Below are positions 27,406 to 41,019 of a DNA stretch of 64,000 nt, piece by piece (position 1 is the stretch's first letter; the number at the start of each line of letters is the position of its first letter). The position numbers and the translations under genes are program-made. The notes under the pieces were generated by a model, which saw only the letters and a list, made by a program, of their open reading frames with translations, was not told the DNA's origin and did no database searches. The DNA is from Tubiluchus corallicola (lineage: Eukaryota > Animalia > Priapulida), in the NCBI GenBank assembly GCA_030141605.1, contig JAQGDQ010000276.1, positions 1 to 64,000 on the forward strand. Direction: 5' to 3'.

Positions 27406-30085
27406 GACATAGACTTAGACATAGACATAGCTGCAGATAACAAAAACAAAAACAAATAAGAAAAAATAATAATAAAAAAACAGTATAAATGATACAAATT
27501 ATCAAAAAAGAAGTGAAAACAAAAAATAATAAAGTTAGATGATACCTAAATTTAAACAAAACAATACAATTAATCAGTATTTTCAAATAGGGGTTTTATT
27601 AACAGGGGAATTTGACCAAGGTTAGTGAGTAAAGTTAAAAAACTGAGAGTATGCAGAGATAAAACAAGTATCAAAAAAGTGTAATATAGAAAAATTTAAG
27701 AGAAAAAGTATGTATGAGAAAGAGCAACAATTACTTAGGAGATGAGGAGAAAAAAGAAAAAAAACTTGCTAGCTTGCTTATTAGTCTTACAAGTTATGTA
27801 CTACAGGTATATTCATTTAGTAAGATTTTTGTGTATTTTTTGGAAGCAGAAAATAAGCTATCTTCAAAGGTATCTTTTGGCAATGAATTCCATAATTTAA
27901 CTCCTCGTGATTTTTAGCTATTGAAACCACGTCGCTTAAAAAATCTCTCCACAAAATACTGTTCATTAGAAGCAGCTCTTGTGGAGTACGAATGTATATC
28001 AGAAACATTAGTGAAATATTCACTAAAAAGTTCGGGTAATAAACCAGCATTGAATTTATACATAAATTTGAACAACTCAAGATTGTAAATACCTCTTACC
28101 TTTAAAATTTGTAATTTTACGAACGATGGTGTAGCATGATCATATTTGCGAGCAAAAGTTATTAATTTTACTATTTTGTTTTGTTGTGTCTGTATTAATT
28201 TTTGAATTGATGCAAAAGCCGTACCACATGTTAAGATGGAATATTGTAAATAAGGGAAAATTAACGAATTATATAGCAATTTCAGAGTATATTGGTCAAT
28301 GTGGTTACTTTTAAAATTATTCCGGTAATTCGACTTAATTTGTATGTTATGTGTTTTATATGTGGTTTCCATGTTAATTTATTATCAATGAGTAGGCCCA
28401 AGTATTTGATGTTGTCTGTTTCTTCAATTTTGTGTTTGTTTATTATAATATGAAATTTTGGATTATTAGCATTGTTAATTTGCTTGTTGTTGATTATCAT
28501 AAATTTGGTTTTTTTTGTAGTTAATTGATAGCTGGTTTGCCCTCATCCACAGGTCTATTTTTTCATTTATTAACAGATTTTTGCAGATTATTTATATTGG
28601 AGTCAGACATGAACAAATTAGTGTCATCGGCAAATATTCGGGTTCGAAAGTTGCTGCATGTGGGAAGATCGTTAATATAAATTAAGAATAGAAGAGGTCC
28701 TAAATTAGAGCCTTGTGGCACTCCACACGATATGTGTTTATAGTCTGATGATACATTGTTAATAGATATGAATTGTTTTCTGTTAGTTAGATATGACTGA
28801 ATTAGTTGCAAAGGTAGCCCTCTGATGCCATAATAGTTTAATTTGGCTATTAGTATACTATGCTGTACGGTATCAAAAGCTTTTGGTAAGTCTAAAAATA
28901 TTCCACAATTCAGTAATTTTTTGTCAGTGTCTAGAGAGATCGTGTCTATTAATTCGGATACAGCAAGGGCAGTTGAATATTTTTTTCTGAAACCAAATTG
29001 GTATTTACTTAGGATATTGCTTTTCACAACAAACTGGTATAATCTCTTGTAAATTAGCCTCTCAAAAACTTTTGATACTGGTGATAAGAGAGATATCGGT
29101 CTGTAATTGCCAGGTTCATGTGGAGAGCCAGTTTTATAAAGTTATATAAAGGAATAACTTTCGCTATTTTTAATATATTTGGAAAAGTTCCAGCATTAAC
29201 CGATTTATTTAACAGTAATGTGACTATTGGTGAAATAATTTGACTTGCAGATTTAAAAAAAGATATTGGTATATTTTGTGGTCCTGGTGGTTTGTTTGAA
29301 TTAAGTGTGTTTAAAAGTGTGCATGTTTCATTTTCAGTAATAGGATTAATGAAAAAAGAATTTGGGTTAGGGTTTTTTAAAAAGTCAGTAAAATTAACGT
29401 TAGGTTTAGGTATTTTGGCAGCCATGTCAGGGCCTATATTTACGAAAAACTCATTTAGTTTACTGGCAATATCATATGTATCTGTATAGTCCACATTGTT
29501 TATTGTTAACTTACTTGGTGTTTGTCGTGTTTTTGGATTAGTTTTTATAATACTGTTTACTGTTTCCCAAGTTTTTTCATGTTATTCTTATGTTTTTGCA
29601 GTGTTTCAGTGTAATATTGTTTTTTGATGATTCTTTGACATGATTTAATTTATTAGAGTAGGATTTGCAGTAGATTTGTTTGTATAATTATTTGAGAGTT
29701 TGTATGATTTGTAAAGACGTGATCTGGTTTTAATACTATTTAAAATTCCTTTAGTGATCCATGGTTTTTGAAATGTAATAGTGTCTTTCCTAGACAGAGT
29801 TTGCAAAGGAAAATGATTATTAAACACATTGAAGAGTATTTCATTAAATTTGCTAAATCCCTCATTAGTTTCCAAGTCATTAAAATTTATTTTGGCTAAT
29901 TCTAGCTGCAGGTTATTTAAAAAATTTTGTTCAGTTGAATTTTTCAAATTTCTTGTGGTGATTTTGTTGGATTTCATTTTCAGTTTAGTATGCTTTATAA
30001 TTGCAAATATAGGAAGATGGTCGGCTTCTTGATAAAGCAAAATTCCAGGTGTTACGTGGTTGGTGAGGTCATTTGTGTAAATATG
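27406..30085 (-). mobile_element. LINE B (CR1/L2-group), 5'-truncated, inserted in Gypsy A gag
   Basis: APE endonuclease end HIYTNDLTNHVTPGILLYQEADHLPIF; RT motifs FLDLPKAFDTV, GVPQGSNLGPLLFLIYINDL, FADD, KYLG; tandem (ATGTCT)n 3' tail at 27406-27430; no TSD seen. Confidence 0.93.
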
Positions 30086-30340
30086 ATTGTCAAACTGTTT
30101 AGAATTTCATTGACAGTACAATTCTCGAGCAGCATTGCAAATTGGAAACTATTATGTATCTTTGGAGCTTGATCCCCTAGTGTATGCAGCAGTAATGCTA
30201 TCTGGTAGTTATCAGGGTGATTCTGTAGACCAGTTATGATAGAATAGTTTAACCACTTCTGCTTAAATAATTTCCAATATTCAGGCAAATTCGACCCTAT
30301 TATCAAAGCTCGACGGTCGAATGCCACTAACAGGAGGTAA
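30086..30340 (-). pseudogene. Gypsy A gag, 5' part
   Basis: GSNLPEYWKLFKQKWLNYSIITGL..QIALLLHTLG resembles the N-terminus of K02A2.6-type gag; joins FDN|YAVGE across LINE B. Confidence 0.85.
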
Positions 30341-30497
30341 TCGCTGCATGTTACCATTACCATGTTGACCATCAACAGCTAGTTGAATACCATTCTCGTG
30401 TTGTATGTCACTATGCGCATCAGCCATAGTGCCTATTTTGAGTTGCTTTTTGAAGGCATAATCACTTTAGTTCAAATGCTTAACAACACAAAAGCTA

Positions 30498-30508
30498 CTC
30501 TGCCACCA
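30498..30508 (-). promoter_or_regulatory. Primer-binding site of Gypsy A (tRNA-Leu-like)
   Basis: TGGTGGCAGAG directly after the 5' LTR end (..AACA); first 9 nt complement the recalled tRNA-Leu 3' end CTGCCACCA. Confidence 0.7.
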
Positions 30509-30632
30509 TGTTAAGTGTTAATTATAAAAAGACGTAACATAATGATAAAGAGACAATCATGGCGACTCCTTAAACACAAGGCACGAAATCTTTATCGATA
30601 GCCTTCACAACTATGTGCGACTATATGCAACA
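30509..30632 (-). repeat. 5' LTR of Gypsy A (124 bp, TG...CA)
   Basis: TGTT...AACA termini; direct repeat of 23588-23710. Confidence 0.92.
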
Positions 30633-32666
30633 ATACCTAAACACCCTTTAGGTATATTCCGTCTTTTACAATGAAATACTCCCTCTTTCAGTTCTTGATT
30701 CTTTATAAGCTTTAAATTTATTAAATTAGTGTCAACAAAGAAAATATTCGGATATTGTCATCTGCAAAGAGGCGAAACAAAAATTTATTACTACAAAGAG
30801 ACATCTCTTTTATTAGCAAAAGAAATAAAAATGAACCTAATATTGATCCCTGAGAGACACCGGCTGTTATTGAAAATTTAAAGGATTGACATCCTGTGAC
30901 CAGTTAAATAGCTATTGAACCAAGAATGAGACATAGCTGAAATACCATAAAACTTTAATTTGTCAAGAAGAATATCACATGACTAACTGTGTCAAATGCT
31001 TTTAACAAGTCAACGAAATGGCCATATGTGCAATTTTTATCATCAATTAAATGCATTATTTTACCTGAATTTTCAAAAAGAGCCAAACAACTAGCGTGAT
31101 TTTTTTTCGAAAATCAAATTGAAAGTGGTAGAGAATTTTATTTTGAAGAAGCAAGTTGTTTAAAAACATTTTTTACACAATTTTTGGGAAAACACTAGGT
31201 AAAGCTCAGGACAGTATAGGTAAAGAGATAGGTGAGATAGGTCAGTAATTAGAAACCAATGAAGATCAACCAAACCAAATTTAAACACATGGATAACCTT
31301 TGAGATTTTCAGTGAGAATGAAAAAACACCTGATGTTAGAGACAAATTGTTTATAGCAGATAATGGCTTTGCAATCACTGGATTGGCCATTTTAACCAGA
31401 TAATTACTAGTATTTTTAGGACCAGCTACGCTATTTTCATTTAATTTTAACAAATGACCAAGAACATCATCTTCATTGACTGGTTCAAACATACAGTTAC
31501 AATTATATTGGTTTTTAAAATAAGAAAAATGATGCTTATCAGAATGTTTTGCACTAAATTGAATCCAACTTTAACAAAATATTTATTTAAAACATCAACC
31601 ATTTGCTGAGGATCTTTATTACATTTATTGTTACACATAATGATACATGGAAATGATTCATCTGAGTTAAGCTTCATTAAATTATTAATTATTTTCCAAG
31701 TTGCTTTAATATCATTGCTAGTATATTTCAATTTATCTTTATAATAGGTTTGTTTGCTTTTATCTTTGACTTTTGAATGCATATTTGCATATTTTTATAA
31801 AAAATATGTTTATCAGTTTTTAAGGATTTAAAGCAAGATTTGTATAACTTTTGTTTATATTTAATACTTAAAAGTATACCTTTCGTTTATTTTCCAAACA
31901 TTTTTGCTTTTCTTTGTTTGTTTTTCAATAGTAAAAAAGATGCATGTTTTTCAATAGTAGAAAATAATAATGTTTGAAATTGAATATACTCATCTCCATT
32001 AAGAATATAAGGATATACATTAACTGACAACAAATTTTGTCAATTGAAAACTTAGAATAGACTGATTTAAATTTTCAAGAAAAAAATATACTGTTATTCA
32101 TTGGCTATTCAAAAAGTTATGTATAATTGAAAATATTGGAAAATGATCACTTATATCAAATAGACATACGCCAGACTTAAAATCACTTTCAATACAAATA
32201 CAGTGCATATGATCAATAAGAGTTTTTAAACGAATTCTAGTGGGATGAGTAATCATAGGACAGCAGAAGTCAGAAAACAGCATATCTATATAGCCAGAAG
32301 TAAATTTATCACATTCACATTTGAGAAGATCAATATTGACATCCCATAATATAATTTTTTTATTTTCTGAATTAATTTTCCTTACTATACATTATATACT
32401 GAATTTAAACTGATTAAAATTTTACAGATTTCCACCTGGGTGACGATAAATTAAACCAATGACAACATTTTTGCCAGATTCCATATCAATTTCAATCCAA
32501 ACATTTTCGCGATCGTTTAACTTTAATTCTTGTCTTGTATGAAAGGATAGTGACATGTGAACATACAAACCAGCTCCTCCTATGTGAGATTTTAAATTAG
32601 AATCATCTCTTATTAACTCATAATATCCATTCAGATCAGTATTATTGATAACAGTACAATTTAGTT
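30633..32666 (-). mobile_element. LINE A, 5' portion (APE endonuclease plus RT), heavily decayed
   Basis: GGAGLYV, IGLIYRHPG, TLIDH, ISDHFPIF endonuclease motifs; RT remnants DLLKAFDTV and GVSQGSILG; reads CLGI|FTDERLN across the Gypsy A insertion. Confidence 0.88.
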
Positions 32667-32799
32667 AAAAACAAAACAAGATGAAACATAAATTTTAAAG
32701 CTATAATTATTACAAAAGAAGAGTACAACAACAAGTCAACAATAAGAGCTCAAAATTACTACTAGTGGCTTGCTGTGAAAACCCCCAAGGAAAGACGAG

Positions 32800-33450
32800 G
32801 ATAGGAAAATGAATGCGCATAACTTATCTGAATGTTCATGACGATGTTGTGCACAGCTTGACGATCCTCCCACAATGACAACGCTGACGCCGGCAACATG
32901 ACGATCCTCCATGAGCCATAACAATGCAGATGACGACAGCTAATCAACAGCTTCCAGTAACCCTCTTGTAGTCTACAACACCAACGTACCAACAGCTGAC
33001 TGGAATGGAATAACATCACCCCTCTGTGGCTTGACCAGCTCTTCAAACCATGCAACAGCAACGAGACTGAGAAAGACAGGCTATACAACAGGAACACTGT
33101 CCTTTTGGTCAAAACAACACTTAGCTTAGCTCTCCATGGTAAAGAAGTTATATCACAGATCGTGTACCAGCCTTTCCAGACAAATACGTTAACTACAGGT
33201 ATGCTGGAAATTGCCCACTGGTCAGACCAACAACCAACGTCTATACCAGTGAAAAGTATCAACTCAACTGTTCAGATCAGGTATTGCTTTTTCTGCATAA
33301 GCAAACGAAGCACTCCAACAGGTAAGTACAAACCATTTTAAGTGACAGGGGTGAGGAGATGATGAAATGAAGAACACATACAGCAGTGCAAGCCAAGCAA
33401 GCCATTTACTATCAAAATTAGCAACAAGCACCTCACACAGTAAAATACAA
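32800..33450 (+). mobile_element. Possible decayed APE-endonuclease (LINE) fragment, opposite orientation
   Basis: Weak motifs across frames: RITYLNVH, TNVPT, LDQLF, GMLEIAHWSDQQP (resembles SDH). Confidence 0.3.
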
Positions 33451-33567
33451 AATTGCAACTCAAGTAATTAGAAATTCGATCAGTTTTGCACCCCATCACT
33501 AGCCATCAATGGCAACATTGAGCACATAAATGTAAAACTTAAATTAAGCAAAATGAAACTCTCTCTT

Positions 33568-33820
<253 letters not shown>

Positions 33821-36800
33821 GTATATTAATATATACATTAGCTGTGTCCATTGGGAAAAAATAGCATGCACGCAAATAATATTAAATTTTGTAAGCTGTA
33901 AACTTAACAGTCTCAAATCTTTTTGACTATCCACATTTTGCTGGGTAATTAATCTTGACACTAAAGAAATTAAGCTTAAGTAACGGGTGTTTCACATTGC
34001 ACTGAATTACAAACTTGCTTATAAGATATATGACTACTGCAATAGAATACAATGAATGTTGCCAAGGTTAATGTACGTAAAATATATTTATTAAAGCAGA
34101 ATTCTTTATTTATTATTTATATAGCAGAATATATTTATTAAAGCAAAGTCTATGTACCAAAATTTTAGATCTCATAGGTTTCCAAAATGTGTTTAAATGC
34201 AAGAAAATGTATTGGTAGCTGGAGTTCCCTTCCTGCAAACCCCCTAGTTGCTTGTGCATCAATTTTTTCAAATGCTGGTGCCACCCATGGACAATTTGAT
34301 CAAATATTAGACAAGTCCCAAATGTAAGGGATGTCTGGCAACCCTAATACAAATGCATTAAAAAACAATCAATGGAAACCAAGCGTTACTTATTGTTTTA
34401 ATAGGTACCTTACCGAAGCTCAAAAAGTAACCAAATTAAACGAGTTGCTCATCACTCGGCATCATGAACTAAAGACATACAAACACCCCAATAAATAAAT
34501 AATTAACTGTGGATAGGCTCTAACAGTGCATGGCCTATAATTTTTAGGCGATTCTTTTCTATTTGTGAAACCCAAACGCTAATTAATGTTTCCTGTTTGG
34601 TCTGGTATAGTGTTGTTAAGTTTCATTCCTATGCTGCTTAGCTAGGATGAATATATAACGGCTTTTCGTAAGATAATATCATAATGCACCATAAAATTGT
34701 ATCTTTATTCACGTTATGTACTAGTTATTCTCATATTCTGGTTATGTACTCATTTTTGTTTACTAATCTAGTAATACGTAGTAAGCCTTTTGGTTTGTAA
34801 ATGCAGTCAGTATGATATAGTACTAATCTGACTAATATATTCATCATAATTTTGTGTATATACCATGTGTTTTTTTTTTAATTATGCACAATTTTTGTCT
34901 GGTGTCATTGCTTTCTTTTTCTATCAGGTTTAAACTACAACCACATGCATAAAACAGCAATATCTATTTCACAAAACGTCACCAATTCTGCAAATGTAAA
35001 CATAACTTACAATTGGGAGTTTGGGAGTTTCAGTCCAGTTGTTCTTTACACAGCTATTTCATTTATCAAAAAACAAAATTTACTAAATGAAAAAACTAAT
35101 TCACGATTTTTGACAAAAGCCCTTTATTGCAATTAATGCACAAATTCCATGTGCAAAAAAGGTTCCAAATAATGAAATTGGATGAATGTTTGCCAAAAAT
35201 TGTTAGTAGATTTCTTGTAATTTCCTTTCAATTTAGTTTTATTGTATTTTACAAAAACATTTTACTTTTGTCATAGACGATGCCATTTCTGCATTACGAA
35301 AGACGTGCTATAAAATTACTGTTAGTTTTTGTTAAAAATGGTTTAATTGAATTTCATTGAGTGGCACTGATTTTTATTTTCTCACTGAACCTACATCGAA
35401 TAACATGCATAGCTGCATAGCAAGTTTGTCTTCTTCATAAATGAGTTGCACTAGTGTTAATACTACCATTATGGTACTACGCTTGTTGTGTAAGCTATCA
35501 TGTTGTCAGTTCAGTCACCTCCTGCTCTTTTACAGGCTCTAAGCATCCAATTTATGGTAGGGGGACTGGAAATATGCTTTGATAATATTTACTTACACTT
35601 TGTAAGCATAGCTTCTACGTTCAGCATGTGGGACAGTTAATCACAATGTGAATAAGTGTCTGTGTCAGGTGAGCCAAAATAATTAGATAAGTTACAATTG
35701 TAAAATTTTAACATTCACATTGCACTTAAATTATGCGAACAGTGTACTAACCTAACTAAGGGTTTTAATTTAAAAATTGTTAATATCTTAGTTAATCAAC
35801 ATTTTGAAACTCAAAGCTTAAGGGATAATATCCTACTAAAGTATAACAGCAGCTAGCTAGAACTATGTGAATAAACTATTTGTCTCTAGAAAATTCAAAC
35901 TAATTTTGGAAAGTTTAACATGCACTTTCTTGTTTGCATCTATGTTTAACAAGTTGCAATGATTATTAGAACATGGAAGACATTCTTTTTTCGAAAAGGC
36001 AATCCCCTGGGACTGGAAACTTGCACAATTGGAAGCACCATATGATGCTGATGAGCAAACAATGATGACAGATTATCACTATATCGCATCCATTTTGAAG
36101 ATTTTGTGGCATTGTAATGATCACTGGTCAGCTTGGGGAGTATACGTCGAAAATTTCTTGTGAACAACCATTTCAAATATTATTCATCCGTTACATACTA
36201 GAACAAATAAAAGTGTGCCAAAGTGACTTCATCTAACTACCTATTTTTATTGGATAGCAGGTAGATTTGACAGAGTTTTTTAATCAAAAGTTATGCCAAA
36301 ACATCTGCAATTAACAGCTGGATAATTATTGTAACATATTTTAATAAGCAATGAAAATTTTTACGAAGCAGACTATGTATGCAAATAGTTGGTATCAGTT
36401 AGGAATGATATAAAATGTGCAAAAAAATTTTAAAAATTCAATGAAAGCGGGAACCCGGGTTCCCATCGCTCCTGCCTGGCTGGTTGCCTGGCATAAAGAC
36501 AAGTTCCTGAAGCAATGTTTAAATAAACAGTTCCATTTTAAAAAGGTTTATTATTTGGTGGATAACATTTCTTTCTTAAGCACCCATAACTGATTATTAA
36601 CTATTTTTAGATTCACGCTCATGCTAACATGGATAAAAATTTGCCTAATATTGAGCAAATACTTTATTTATTTATCTCTTATATTAATATTCTTGGTATG
36701 GGCTTAATTTATATATATATATATAAGATTCGAGGCTACAGCCCGGACGAGGGCACCATTTGCGGCGATCTATATATCAAACGAAAGGTCTCGATATAGT

Positions 36801-37047
36801 GTCGTGCCATTCATGGTTTATTTTTCGAATTGGGCCCACCGCGAGGAGGGGGGACGAATTTATTATTATTATTGTTGGTGGTAGTGGTGCAGAATTTATT
36901 GGTGACATACTGTGATTATAAGGAAACTTTTGTTATATTTGCATGAATTGTTGAGAAATCTGGTGTTTTGTACAAAAGAGCAATGGAGCATGACATTTGG
37001 TTAACTGGTACGTTTTGCTCGAAGAGAAGTCAAGAAGGCTAATGATC

Positions 37048-38255
37048 CCACATCTGGGGAAAGAATGATGAGTAATACATGGGAGCGAAACATCCGTCAC
37101 GTTTCCTTTGATTCACATGCGGAAGCACACTTTGGAAGACATCTCACAAGCATACAGATAATTATGCTAGCTTTTCCACTAACGCTCGATTTGTACATCA
37201 ACTGCTACAACTGGAAAGGCCAGTTCATCTTGTATATTGCACAAAATGCTACAGACACCACACTCAGTTTTTTGAACAAATCTCTAGCTGAGAGATGTGA
37301 ATCTGTAAAGTAAACCGACTTTGCTTTTCTTTCCTGTGTGAGGACATATAATTAAATTTTGCAAGATTCAGCAGAAATACAGTTTGCCAAAAATAAGCAT
37401 GAGATTGTTTTACATGACAACAATTTTAGGTCAGCTGGACAGCATGAAAACACGATGGAAGTTGGAATTCACTCAAAGAATGGTCGCTGAGGCCATAGAC
37501 AATGTATAGCGCTGCCCATTATCCCAGTAAAGGCCAGAGGTCATAGCAGTCCTAACAGCGTAGAAACCTTTGCTTTTCTTGATAGTGGGTTTAGTGGGTC
37601 ATTTTGCTCCTGATATTTATTAAATCAGCTGGGAGTATTGGGAAACAATGATGAGTGAGAATTAACAACTTTTCAGAAGAAGAATCAGTTAATGGAGATC
37701 GATGTGGTCACGCCTGGAAGTGAGCAGGGATAAAAATTCTGAATAATTTATAGAAATGCCACATTGGCTTAAGGAACTTCATATAATGCCAACAACACGA
37801 ATAAAGAAGATCTGGATAGGTGACCCAACCTATAAGGCATCTACATTTCTGTGGTGGGCACAACAGGCACTGGTTTGTTAATTGATTTGGATGTGCCAGA
37901 GATCCTAGTACCACTGGAAATGAAGTATGGTTATAAGAATGCTCCGTATGTGACTCATACTAAACAAGGTTGGACTGTTAATGGCCCACTGAGAATTAAT
38001 ACAGATATCTGTTCACAGTCCTCACTTGTGTCAAACTCTGCAAATGTAGATTTAAACTTGAAGCTCAGGTTGAGCAGTTTTGGAAATTAGATAATCCGTG
38101 TGAAGAGGGCTAAGGTATATCAGTGTGCAACAGCAAAGTTGTCACACTTTGGAACAATAGTCTAAATAACTACAGCGTGACCCACCAAAGACTAGGTAAA
38201 TAGTAGGTAAATGGATTAAATAGCTCAGTTGCAATAGTAGTATACTAATGAAATG
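37048..38255 (+). repeat. Duplicated segment A (copy A' at 38869-40076, offset 1821 bp)
   Basis: Near-identical, about 5 differences noticed; paired ORFs at 37708/39529 and 37851/39672. Confidence 0.95.
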
Positions 38256-38857
38256 AGCAGCAACGAATTTGAGACTTGGTTGGAAATTGATTTGGCCATT
38301 CAGGCCACGTTACCAATAACCGATGATGAAATCACCACCATTCCAAGGAGGAGTCAAGAAGAACCTAAAGAGACCACTTGCAAGGAAACCACTTGCGAGG
38401 AAACAAGGGCACCACCAACTGCAGCTCAAGCATTCCAAGCGTTAAATGTTTTATAAGAATACATGCATCACACAGCAACAGATTTTCAACATTTTTATAG
38501 TGTTGGGAACTTTGTGAGCCAACTTCTTCGCGAGAAAATGAAGCAGCCAACTTTGAGGGATTTTTTTTTATTTTTGCAAATAAACAGACTTGCGTGATTT
38601 AGAAAAGTATACTTCTTAATTTATTGTTAATGTACTTATACAAATTAATATTTTAACATATTTTTTTCTAATTTTTAACTGCACAAAGTAATTTAGGAAT
38701 TACTTTGTTTCTAAAATGGATTAAAAGCCTTTGCAGTGCATAGTAAGCTGATGACTCAAACTTCTATAGCAGTAATACTACACCCATCAGTTAATAGGTT
38801 CAATCGGTTAATTGGGTCAAAACACGTCGGTCCCAAAATGAGTCTATTAAGTGGTGA
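38253..38857 (+). repeat. Duplicated segment B, the Tigger 3' end (copy B' at 41996-42618)
   Basis: Paired ORFs at 38253/41996; one 18-bp indel plus several substitutions. Confidence 0.95.
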
Positions 38858-41019
38858 AAGACTGGTTTCCACATCTGGGGAAAGAATGATGAGTAATACA
38901 TGGGAGCGAAACATCCGTCACGTTTCCTTTGATTCACATGCGGAAGCACACTTTGGAAGACATCTCACAAGCATACAGATAATTATGCTAGCTTTTCCAC
39001 TAACGCTCGATTTGTACATCAACTGCTACAACTGGAAAGGCCAATTCATCTTGTATATTGCACAAAATGCTACAGACACCACACTCAGTTTTTTGAACAA
39101 ATCTCTAGCTGAGAGATGTGAATCTGTAAAGTAAACCGACTTTGCTTTTCTTTCCTGTGTGAGGACATATAATTAAATTTTGCAAGATTCAGCAGAAATA
39201 CAGTTTGCCAAAAATAAGCATGAGATTGTTTTACATGACAACAATTTTAGGTCAGCTGGACAGCATGAAAACACGATGGAAGTTGGAATTCACTCAAAGA
39301 ATGGTCGCGGAGGCCATAGACAATGTATAGCGCTGCCCATTATCCCAGTAAAGGCCAGAGATCATAGCAGTCCTAACAGCGTAGAAACCTTTGCTTTTCT
39401 TGATAGTGGGTTTAGTGGGTCATTTTGCTCCTGATATTTATTAAATCAGCTGGGAGTATTGGGAAACAATGATGAGTGAGAATTAACAACTTTTCAGAAG
39501 AAGAATCAGTTAATGGAGATCGATGTGGTCACGCCTGGAAGTGAGCAGGGATAAAAATTCTGAATAATTTATAGAAATGCCACATTGGCTTAAGGAACTT
39601 CATATAATGCCAACAACACGAGTAAAGAAGATCTGGATAGGTGACCCCACCTATAAGGCATCTACATTTCTGTGGTGGGCACAACAGGCACTGGTTTGTT
39701 AATTGATTTGGATGTGCCAGAGATCCTAGTACCACTGGAAATGAAGTATGGTTATAAGAATGCTCCGTATGTGACTCATACTAAACAAGGTTGGACTGTT
39801 AATGGCCCACTGAGAATTAATACAGATATCTGTTCACAGTCCTCACTTGTGTCAAACTCTGCAAATGTAGATTTAAACTTGAAGCTCAGGTTGAGCAGTT
39901 TTGGAAATTAGATAATCCGTGTGAAGAGGGCTAAGGTATATCAGTGTGCAACAGCAAAGTTGTCACACTTTGGAACAATAGTCTAAATAACTACAGCGTG
40001 ACCCACCAAAGACTAGGTAAATAGTAGGTAAATGGATTAAATAGCTCAGTTGCAATAGTAGTATACTAATGAAATGGATGTTCTTTTGCGCGAAGAATAT
40101 GCAGAAATGGTGCCCGATAATGAATTACAAAGACCAAATGGAAAAGTTGGTAACTGCCACATCAACCAGTTATAAGACCAAAGAAATTGACTCCAAGAAT
40201 CATGTTGACTGCTTCAGTACATTTAGGTATTTCTCTGAACAGTTAAACTAAGATTTCCACTGATATTATAAAGAAATCACAATGCCAAATAAACAATGCA
40301 AGCTAGTGTTATTGTTTTTTAGAACAAATATGGGCTTACATTCCAATGTAGCAGCTTTTAGAAAAATACATATAGGAGTAATTTTAAAAGCATTAGTTAG
40401 CATATAGGGATATATGTATAAAATACACACATTTATAAGTTTTGCAGATACAACTTCCTAACATGCAAAACTGTCACAGTTCCATGTGCAATAGCTATTA
40501 ATCATTGGAAACTACTAGTGAAAATTGCTAGGTCAGTGGAGTGGATATATCAATTTTTAAGACTTGTCAAATTACTACATAAATGAGCATAATTCCGAAT
40601 TCTTAAGATGAGTGGAGACACGTGTTCCCAAATTAAAGCTTAGTCAAGCTGGAAATTTACCCACGTTAGTATCTCATCAAACCTCCACAGAAAGGAAAAG
40701 CTGTAAAAAGATTGGAAAAAAAGTTATTTTCACCACAGACTATTATATATGTAGAAACAATCATGTTAAGTACAGTTTTGTTTGTAAACGGGTAGTTTAT
40801 CATGCGCTAATATGCTACCTCGTTACCCAAAGAATTTCTGAAAGCTAAACATTTAATCACTTGCCTAGCAGTTTCCTTTTGATGCTCTAGTTGCAAATCA
40901 CGCTTTCAGGCTTAATGAGTTAATAGTCAAACACGCAGGTACAGTAATCAGCCAGTAGTACTTGTGACTTACAAGAGTAAACAACATACAGCAAATAAGG
41001 GCATAGAGTTAGGAACTTT

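Larger units (their letters stand above)
23588..30632 (-). mobile_element. Ty3/Gypsy LTR retrotransposon A (K02A2.6/Mag-like), full-length but decayed and interrupted by LINE B
   Basis: Paired LTRs, 5-bp TSD ATACC (23583-23587, 30633-30637), PBS, PPT. Domain order gag, protease (FHVDSGSTVN), RT (DLAHGYWH, LPFGL), RNase H (PIAYAS..NWAQIEKE..SDHKPL), integrase (PWQKVGIDIF). Confidence 0.95.
36990..40250 (+). mobile_element. BEL/Pao LTR retrotransposon remnant (gag Zn-knuckle region, protease, start of RT), partly duplicated
   Basis: LVRFARREVKKANDP; FLNKSLAERCESVK*..LCF; ALPIIPVK..VETFAFLDSGFSGSFC; GLLIDLDVPEILVP..PYVTHTKQGWTVNGP; W*LPHQPV at ~40150. No LTRs recognised. Confidence 0.85.

Noticed and set aside
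35940-36200. Cys-rich Ly6-like pseudo-exon on the minus strand (..KKECLPCSNNHCN)
   Set aside because: Needs several frameshifts and stops; support too weak.
36724-36900. Helitron-like or SINE-like GC-rich start after a (TA)n run
   Set aside because: Looks repeat-derived, but no matching other end or Pol III boxes could be identified.
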